A DNA stretch of 64,000 nucleotides from a virus. The DNA lies in IMG/VR virus record IMGVR_UViG_3300049491_000419, positions 27,483 to 91,482 of that record. The stretch is one strand, 5' to 3'. A program made the translations under genes and the position numbers. The notes beneath the pieces were generated by a model, which was not told where the DNA came from, made no database searches, and saw nothing but the letters and a program-made list of their open reading frames with translations. This document shows positions 57,771 to 64,000 of the stretch, piece by piece (position 1 is the stretch's first letter; every line of letters begins with the position of its first letter).

Positions 57771-60700
57771 ATGCCAATTCAAATTTCAGGAGTACAAATG
57801 GGGGTCATCACAGGTGGCCCGTCGTCATTGGCGCTCGAAGACCTTAGCGATGTTAGCATCGTTGCACCAGCAACGGGTCAATATCTAAGATACAATTCTG
57901 GCATCAGCGAATGGCAGAATGCATACTTAGGCTCTGACATTTATGATTTTCTAGATACCAATATGTTCGGCTCAAACGGTGTCGCAATAACTTACACACC
58001 GGGACCTAACACGATTGATGTTGCATTAAGCCTTACTGCGTCTGGCGATGCAACCGGCTCAGTATCAAGTGGAAATCTTCCACTAACACTTGCAACAGTC
58101 AACGGAAACGTTGGAACATTTGGATCTGGATCAGCAATCCCGGTTGTGACAGTTAATGCAAAGGGTTTGATTACCGCAGTCTCAACAGTAGCCTTTTCTG
58201 GTACATCACCACTAGCAACAAGCTTGGCAGGTGGTACAACAGGTGCGCTGCCATATCAATCAGCAGCAAGCACAACAGCATTTCTAACAGCCGGTACAGC
58301 AAGTCAAGTTCTTATTGGTGGTGCATCAGCACCGTCATGGTCTAGTTCCCCATCTGGTCTAACTTCTGTTTCGGCAACAACTTTTATTGGTGCTCTTAGT
58401 GGTAATGCAACCACAGCAACCACAGCCGGATCTTTGGCAACTCCTCGCAGCATTACAGCAACCGGGGATGCTTCTTGGACGGTAAACTTCGACGGTTCAT
58501 CAAACGTTTCAGCAGCACTAACACTTGCAACTGTCAACAGTAATGTAGGTACCTTTGCAAGCGTAACAGTTAATGGAAAGGGTCTCGTTACCGCTGCTAC
58601 AGCATTGTCTGGTGATGCAACAACATCTGGATCAACAATCACGCTTGCTACTGTGAATGGTTCGCCACAATCAGATCAATTCCGTAAGGTTACTGTGACC
58701 GGTAAGGGTCTAGTGACAGCGACAACAGCAGTCTCTGCATCTGACATCACAACAGCATTAGGATTCACACCTGTCAATAAAGCAGGCGACACGATGTCAG
58801 GCTACTTGATTCTAAATGCCGACCCAGTTTCGGCACTTGGTGCAGTTACAAAACAATATGCTGATAACATTGCAGCCGGTGTAAATGTCCATCCTGCTTG
58901 TGTAACTGCAACCACAGCAGCACTACCTGCATCTACCTACAATAATGGTGCATCCGGTGTCGGAGCAACATTAACAGCCAATGTCAATGGTGCAATTGGA
59001 ACTGTAGGTGGTTATGGATCTCTTGCTGTAAATGATCGTGTACTTGTCAAGGATCAAGCATCTCAATTGCAAAATGGTATCTATGTGGTGACTCAGCTCG
59101 GATCTGGTGGTACACCATGGATTTTGACACGTGCCTCAGACTTTGATGGAGCCCCTTCTTCCGAAATTGAGGCAGGCGACCTAACCTATGTTCAGTCTGG
59201 TACACTAAATGGAACACAATGGGTACAAACTACAACAGGATCAATTACCGTAGGTACAACCGCAATTGTATTCTCTCAATTCTCTGGTGCAGGAACTTAT
59301 ATAGCTGGTTCAGGAATTGATATTTCTTCTAATGTTATTTCTAATACAGGTGTTCTAAGCAACATTGCTGGAACAGGTATTGGCGTATCTGGTGCAACTG
59401 GTAACGTAACAATTTCTAACACTGGTGTAACTGCTCTTGCAGGTACAGCCAGCCAAGTATCTGTATCAGCTTCAACAGGTTCAATCACAGTAAGTTTGCC
59501 AAGTTCGGTCACAATTGGTGGCACAATGACTGCTGGAACATTCAGCGGAGCAGGTACAAGCTTGACAGGCACAGCAGCATCATTGAGTATCGGTGGTTCA
59601 GCCCCGGCAGGTTCTTTAACTGGTGCAACACTGGCAGCAGGTGTAACAGCTTCAAGCTTGACAAGCGTTGGTACATTGGTATCGTTGAATGCAACCGGAT
59701 CAATCCAGACTAACGGCGGTGTGTATGCGAGATCGGCTACAGCCAACGATGGATATATTAATATTGTTCCTGGTACCGCATCTAACTCGGGATACGTTCA
59801 GTTTCTTGCAGCAGCATCTGGCAATACAAGACAGGGTTACATTGGATTCTCAACAACTAACAATTCAATCGACACTGGCACAATTCCATATGTAGCAGGA
59901 ACTCACGCATTTACTGGCGCAATAACAGCAACAGGAAATATTACTACTTCTGGTGGTGCATTCTCTGGAGCAGGTACAAGCTTGACAGGCACAGCAGCAT
60001 CATTGAGTATCGGTGGTAATGCAGGTACAGCAACTGTTCTACAGACAGCAAGAACAATTAACGGAACTTCGTTTAACGGTTCTGCCAACATCACAGTTAC
60101 AGCCTCAACAACAGCAGCATTGACAATGAATAACGGTGGTGCAGGTGTTGCATCTGGCACAACCTTTGATGGTGGTACTGCAAGAACACTTTCATACAAC
60201 ACTCTTGGAGCACCTTCTACAACAGGTACAGGTGCATCGGGCACTTGGGCAATCAGTATTACTGGTAACTCAGTAACTGTTGGTGGTTTCACACCAACAG
60301 CAACAGCCGGAACAGCTAGTCGTGTTGTGGTCGCTGATGGATCTGGTTATATCAACAATACATATTTCAACGGAACTGATGAAGGTACAGCAGGTACAGC
60401 AGGTACAGTTACCTCTATTCTAACAAAGCGTGGTGATAACTATTACCGCGCTACTTCAGCACAGAGCGTAATGAACTATTTGTTAGGAACCAGCAATACC
60501 TGGACTGGCACAAATAACTACCTATCGAGCAGTGCAGTTGGTGTAGCAACACAATCGGGCACGTTAGTTGCTTATGGTAATTCTGCAGGTACAAATGCAG
60601 CAACAATGTCATTTCACAGGCCTGGTGTATATGCTATCAACATGGGTCTTGATACGGATAACGTATTTCGCGTTGGTGGTTGGTCTGATGGTGCATCCGT

Positions 60701-61628
60701 GTATAGAATGCAGGTTGATGCATCTGGTAACCTATATTCTCGCGCAACAATGTTTCCAACAAACGGTGCCAACGGACTTCGTTCTAACAGTGGAACCTAT
60801 GGGTCACTTGAAGTTACTGGAATACAAAATAGTTATTCCGGTATCTATTTCAGTGGTGGTGGAGCCTCAACAACAGGTATGTTTGATGGTTCGGGCAACG
60901 GTGGTGATTACGATACAACAACTGGCTGGCACTATTACTGGAATCGTTCAAACGCATGTCTTGGCATCGGTGGTTCAACAACATTAGGTGGATATAGATC
61001 ATATGTAAATGGTAATGAATATGTTGCGGGAAGTGTCGAAGTTACTGGCGGTATTAACGTAGCTACAAACATTACCAATTCTAACTTTACTGTTACAACT
61101 GCCGGTACCATTACAAAAATCACTGGCAATTCTCCGCCAAATGGAGCAATTCGTTGCACACCAAACCTACATTTAAATGGCGGTGCCGGAAATGCAGTTA
61201 TCTGTTCATGGGATAACGGTAATGGTGGTTCGACAGCTAACCTCGCATTCCGCGTCGGTTCTGGGGCATCAGTCGATGTCTTTACTGTGACATATGCAGG
61301 TACAACAATTGCAACAGGCGATATCACGGCTTTCTCTGATATTCGTGTCAAGAAAAATATCAATGTTATCCCAGATGCTCTAAATAAGGTATCAAAGATC
61401 CGCGGTGTTACATTCCAGCGTACAGACAATGTCGATGATGTAAAATATCACACTGGTGTTATTGCACAGGAAGTTGAAGAAGTCCTACCGGAAGTTGTCC
61501 ACGAAAATGCAGAAGGTATGAAGACGGTTGCTTACGGTAATATGGTTGGTCTTTTGATTGAGGCAGTTAAGGAACTAAATGCTAAGGTCGAAATGCTTAA
61601 GGCAGAAATCAGAACTCTAAGGGAATAA
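57771..61628 (+). CDS. Tail fibre with C-terminal intramolecular chaperone (peptidase S74)
   Basis: LEDLSDVSI..P..GQ.L.Y, TARTING.SFNGSANI, SDIRVKKNI...GVIAQEVE...V.YGNMVGLLIEAVKEL. Start moved to MPIQ (57771). Confidence 0.85.
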   Translation: MPIQISGVQMGVITGGPSSLALEDLSDVSIVAPATGQYLRYNSGISEWQNAYLGSDIYDFLDTNMFGSNGVAITYTPGPNTIDVALSLTASGDATGSVSSGNLPLTLATVNGNVGTFGSGSAIPVVTVNAKGLITAVSTVAFSGTSPLATSLAGGTTGALPYQSAASTTAFLTAGTASQVLIGGASAPSWSSSPSGLTSVSATTFIGALSGNATTATTAGSLATPRSITATGDASWTVNFDGSSNVSAALTLATVNSNVGTFASVTVNGKGLVTAATALSGDATTSGSTITLATVNGSPQSDQFRKVTVTGKGLVTATTAVSASDITTALGFTPVNKAGDTMSGYLILNADPVSALGAVTKQYADNIAAGVNVHPACVTATTAALPASTYNNGASGVGATLTANVNGAIGTVGGYGSLAVNDRVLVKDQASQLQNGIYVVTQLGSGGTPWILTRASDFDGAPSSEIEAGDLTYVQSGTLNGTQWVQTTTGSITVGTTAIVFSQFSGAGTYIAGSGIDISSNVISNTGVLSNIAGTGIGVSGATGNVTISNTGVTALAGTASQVSVSASTGSITVSLPSSVTIGGTMTAGTFSGAGTSLTGTAASLSIGGSAPAGSLTGATLAAGVTASSLTSVGTLVSLNATGSIQTNGGVYARSATANDGYINIVPGTASNSGYVQFLAAASGNTRQGYIGFSTTNNSIDTGTIPYVAGTHAFTGAITATGNITTSGGAFSGAGTSLTGTAASLSIGGNAGTATVLQTARTINGTSFNGSANITVTASTTAALTMNNGGAGVASGTTFDGGTARTLSYNTLGAPSTTGTGASGTWAISITGNSVTVGGFTPTATAGTASRVVVADGSGYINNTYFNGTDEGTAGTAGTVTSILTKRGDNYYRATSAQSVMNYLLGTSNTWTGTNNYLSSSAVGVATQSGTLVAYGNSAGTNAATMSFHRPGVYAINMGLDTDNVFRVGGWSDGASVYRMQVDASGNLYSRATMFPTNGANGLRSNSGTYGSLEVTGIQNSYSGIYFSGGGASTTGMFDGSGNGGDYDTTTGWHYYWNRSNACLGIGGSTTLGGYRSYVNGNEYVAGSVEVTGGINVATNITNSNFTVTTAGTITKITGNSPPNGAIRCTPNLHLNGGAGNAVICSWDNGNGGSTANLAFRVGSGASVDVFTVTYAGTTIATGDITAFSDIRVKKNINVIPDALNKVSKIRGVTFQRTDNVDDVKYHTGVIAQEVEEVLPEVVHENAEGMKTVAYGNMVGLLIEAVKELNAKVEMLKAEIRTLRE
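59547..60017 (+). repeat. Identical 51-bp direct repeats 420 bp apart
   Basis: ggagcaggtacaagcttgacaggcacagcagcatcattgagtatcggtggt at 59547-59597 and 59967-60017. Confidence 0.9.
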
Positions 61629-61631
61629 TAG

Positions 61632-61832
61632 ATGACAGTTCTACCAGCAACAGGTACAGCAATTTCTATGGGGCGTATGGGTCGTGCCTATTATAACGGC
61701 ACGGCAACAGTAAACGTCAGTGTTGGAAATGCCGGAACAAGAAAACTTAATTCCCAAATTGGTCGTGGCGTAACAACCACAACTGCCATTAGCTCTGTCT
61801 ACGGCGGAAGAACAGCGCCGTTCACTTATTAA
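61632..61832 (+). CDS. Small fibre-associated protein (66 aa)
   Basis: LPATGTAISM start, typical of small genes following S74 fibres; tightly packed. Confidence 0.65.
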   Translation: MTVLPATGTAISMGRMGRAYYNGTATVNVSVGNAGTRKLNSQIGRGVTTTTAISSVYGGRTAPFTY

Positions 61833-61865
61833 GAGTTAGTGTGCTTTTCGCCCATAAATATGGGA

Positions 61866-62342
61866 ATGAGCACACCTAACCCCTTAATCGATATTCCGGC
61901 TACGAAATATTATTTTGATAACTTTGTAGTAGCCTCACATCATTCAGTTCCACATCTCATTGCCGATCTTAAGAAACGTAGAGACATGGCCATGCATCGT
62001 ATGACATGGAGTCTCGATGAAAGTACAAAGGCCGGCTATTGTAAGCTTATTGAACTCATTGATGAAAAGTTAAGCACTCTTAACCTCGATGAACTTAACG
62101 ACCTCGAACTTGCCGAGCCTGTATATTGGGTTAACGAACTAGCAAGACGTTCTGCAATTGAGATCAACACTTATGGTAGAATTCGCCCGGATACTCTGTC
62201 TTTGCTTCTTTGTGTTAGCGAAGAAGATTTCGGCACGATTATGCATATTGCGTCAGGCATCACGAATAGATTGAAACTTATCTCCGATCTAGCCGAAGCG
62301 TCAGTCGCGCCAGTCCCAACACAAATGCCGAGACAAGAATGA
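61866..62342 (+). CDS. Hypothetical protein
   Basis: ATGA overlap with the next gene; CATAAATA box at 61853-61860 suggests a start at 61866. Confidence 0.7.
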   Translation: MSTPNPLIDIPATKYYFDNFVVASHHSVPHLIADLKKRRDMAMHRMTWSLDESTKAGYCKLIELIDEKLSTLNLDELNDLELAEPVYWVNELARRSAIEINTYGRIRPDTLSLLLCVSEEDFGTIMHIASGITNRLKLISDLAEASVAPVPTQMPRQE

Positions 62343-62995
62343 GCATCCAAAGTAACTTTATTCCATCACTTGCAGTAACTAAGAAGAAGATTCTTATAGC
62401 AGTCCCATGCAAGGACATGATGTATTCTCACTTCGCATACTGTTTGCAAGAGCTGGTTGAGTATCATACAAGGCGTGGTATTGAAACTCAGGTTGAGTTC
62501 AATATGGGAACACTTATTGGTAGCCAAAGAGAAAAGTTGGCTGACAAGGCGCTTGAAGTTGAAGCAACACACATCCTGTGGTTAGATAGCGACATGATGT
62601 TTCCAAAGACAATCTGTGAAAAACTTTTGTCTCATGATTTGGATTTTGTCGCATGTAACTATTCAACACGGGCCCTGCCAACACGTTCAGTGGCTTTCGC
62701 AGAGATTGGAGAGTGGGATTCGTTTATTGGTAAAGATGAAACTGGCTTGATTTCGATTGCCGGTGTTGGATTAGGTTGCGCACTGATAAAAACTGCTATG
62801 CTAGATGATATACCTAAACCCTGGTTCCCTATTACATACAATGTAGATGCTAATGATTACCTAGGTGAAGATATGAACTTTTGCCAAAAGATTATTGAAT
62901 CCGGATATGTTGTGGCAATCGATTGTGATGCTTCAAGAGAAGTCTACCATATTGGATCCATTGCATTTGGCTGGAAGCAGGTTGACAAAGCGTAA
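62339..62995 (+). CDS. GT-A fold glycosyltransferase-like protein
   Basis: ILIAVP, THILWLDSDM (DxD), G.G..LI, PWF, GEDM.FC, HIG motifs. Confidence 0.75.
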   Translation: MSIQSNFIPSLAVTKKKILIAVPCKDMMYSHFAYCLQELVEYHTRRGIETQVEFNMGTLIGSQREKLADKALEVEATHILWLDSDMMFPKTICEKLLSHDLDFVACNYSTRALPTRSVAFAEIGEWDSFIGKDETGLISIAGVGLGCALIKTAMLDDIPKPWFPITYNVDANDYLGEDMNFCQKIIESGYVVAIDCDASREVYHIGSIAFGWKQVDKA

Positions 62996-63302
62996 CGCTA
63001 ATATACAATAGCGACAGAACACAGTTGTTTATGGATTCTTTACCGGCGAATAGTCGTTCGGAATAGGTCCCTGTCTAAACGACTCCCTGGATTACTTGTC
63101 TTATGGTGATGACAGAAGAAAACTTAACATTCAAGCAAAATAGAATGTGGCTTGACACCTTAACTAAGACACGTTACATTTAGTGACGATATGAGTTAGC
63201 AAGATGCACCATATGGTTCATGTCCGCTATCCTGTTGTGATGCCCAACGCAAACTTGGCATCAAGGATGAATGATTTGACACCGGTTCTAAAAGGTGTCA
63301 AA
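62996..63302 (+). ncRNA. Hairpin-dense non-coding segment (possible ncRNA)
   Basis: Stems at 62996-63013, 63052-63084, 63172-63188, 63229-63268 and 63275-63302; no ORF. Confidence 0.35.
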
Positions 63303-63304
63303 AT

Positions 63305-63462
63305 CGCAGATGATAAATAACTTTGTCGCAACCAATATATCTGTCTGAAGAAGATAACTTGAATGACTTGACAGAGTCTCTATTACTTGTTAAACTTGCG
63401 GCTTGGTTGTAACAAATGCCTATTTGGTAGGTGTTTGATACGCAGATGATAAATAACTTTGT
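63305..63462 (+). repeat. 22-bp direct repeat, each copy carrying a late promoter box
   Basis: cgcagatgataaataactttgt at 63305-63326 and 63441-63462. Confidence 0.85.
63368..63396 (+). promoter_or_regulatory. Sigma70-type promoter upstream of the leader ORF
   Basis: TTGACA-17 bp-TAAACT with extended -10 TG. Confidence 0.7.
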
Positions 63463-63510
63463 AAGCAAAGTCTTACACCCTTTAACTTAACTTGAATTTT
63501 TGGAAACAAA

Positions 63511-63675
63511 ATGTTGAACTTTAACCTAAAATCAGCGAATGAGCATATGGTGGCGTTAGCCTCCAAGCGCCTCTGCGCCGGTCGCGGTTATTGGGCACTG
63601 GTCGGGTTTACACCAAGTAATATTGAACAAAACCCTGATATGATGGCTTCCTTCTATAAGGAGTCTGGAAACTAA
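63511..63675 (+). CDS. Putative attenuator leader peptide (54 aa; below the ORF-track cutoff)
   Basis: MLNFNLKSANEHMVALASKRLCAGRGYWALVGFTPSNIEQNPDMMASFYKESGN*; weak GGA SD; 3' end overlaps the antiterminator arm. Confidence 0.6.
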   Translation: MLNFNLKSANEHMVALASKRLCAGRGYWALVGFTPSNIEQNPDMMASFYKESGN

Positions 63676-63709
63676 AGAAAAGTATCCAGAACACTTACAA
63701 AAGGAAGCC
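63645..63709 (+). promoter_or_regulatory. Antiterminator hairpin
   Basis: GGCTTCCTT(63645-53)/AAGGAAGCC(63701-09), TAAG/CTTA, TCTGGA/TCCAGA; leader stop codon lies in the loop. Confidence 0.65.
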
Positions 63710-63736
63710 GCTAGGAAACTAGGCGGCTTTTTTGTT
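63705..63736 (+). terminator. Intrinsic terminator (conditional)
   Basis: AAGCCG-CTAG-GAAA-CTAG-G-CGGCTT followed by TTTTGTT. Confidence 0.85.
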
Positions 63737-63958
63737 GGCTCCAGCATAGCTGAAAACCAACTGTCGGGATAGTGTGATAGGGAAACGAGTTCCCTGGCAG
63801 GCACTGTAAAAAACATCTGTCGAAAGGGCGTGTCGGGGGCATAAAAGCGTGGCGATAACACGTGAGTCAGAACCCGATTGTAAAGTGTACCGATTTGAGA
63901 TGGTCTGAAACGACGCAAACGGTATCTTTTACAATAGGCATTTCACATGAAGTGCTTA
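63734..63958 (+). ncRNA. Structured RNA downstream of the attenuator (family unknown)
   Basis: GTTGG/CCAAC, TCGGG/CCCGA enclosing AGGGAA/TTCCCT and CGTG/CACG, long TTGTAAAG..TACCG/CGGTA..TTTTACAA stem, AGGCATTTC/GAAGTGCTT. Confidence 0.5.
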
Positions 63959-63969
63959 CAATGAATAAT

Positions 63970-64000
63970 GGGTGCGCGACCGAGTTGGAGAGCGCGTGGC
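63970..64000 (+). tRNA. Possible 5' end of a tRNA gene (truncated by the window)
   Basis: GGGTGCG acceptor-like start, then a D-loop-like CCGAGTTGGAGAG; anticodon and T arm not visible. Confidence 0.3.

Noticed and set aside
35693-61429. Many 60-210 aa minus-strand ORFs rich in Pro/Val/Ala
   Set aside because: Antisense shadows of Gly/Thr/Ala-rich fibre genes; no SD, promoter or protein motifs.
38129-61628. Diversity-generating retroelement acting on fibre tips
   Set aside because: No reverse transcriptase and no template/variable repeat pair differing only at adenines was seen.
63305-63462. CRISPR-like mini-array from the 22-bp repeats
   Set aside because: Only two copies, a 114-bp spacer, each repeat contains the late promoter box, and no cas genes are present.
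63556-63918. 120-aa minus-strand ORF
   Set aside because: Runs antisense through the terminator and RNA stems; all promoter and terminator signals point to the + strand.

Overview
This 64-kb window is the virion-morphogenesis region of a large T4-superfamily (jumbo-type) myophage; it is not a bacterial chromosome segment. Left arm (minus strand): a >1622-aa baseplate protein cut by the window edge and missing from the ORF track, then gp6-, gp25-, gp5 (C-terminal lysozyme)-, hub-, gp53- and gp48/54-like genes. A sigma70-driven block encodes gp55 late sigma, gp47 and gp46. Next come a PD-(D/E)xK-like nuclease, a Holliday junction resolvase, a GH108 lysozyme, a ~650-nt structured non-coding segment, gp26/gp51-like genes, a tape-measure-like gene, and the head module (portal, core/scaffold, protease, major capsid). 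About 25 kb of mosaic fibre/decoration genes follow, with two glycosyltransferases, DUF4376 proteins, a permuted papain-like amidase, NUDIX, an HNH homing endonuclease and gp15/gp14-like neck genes. Late genes are preceded by a (T)GATAAATA box, a variant of T4 TATAAATA. Best candidates for undescribed biology: (1) a 54-codon leader containing all 20 amino acids, coupled to mutually exclusive antiterminator/terminator hairpins upstream of a structured RNA and a probable tRNA, which would be a general translation-stress attenuator; (2) a large structured ncRNA candidate at 21.1-21.8 kb; (3) a -1 frameshift signal (AAATTTT plus hairpin) fusing the gp26- and gp51-like frames. All family calls come from motif recognition by eye; no searches or folding programs were run.
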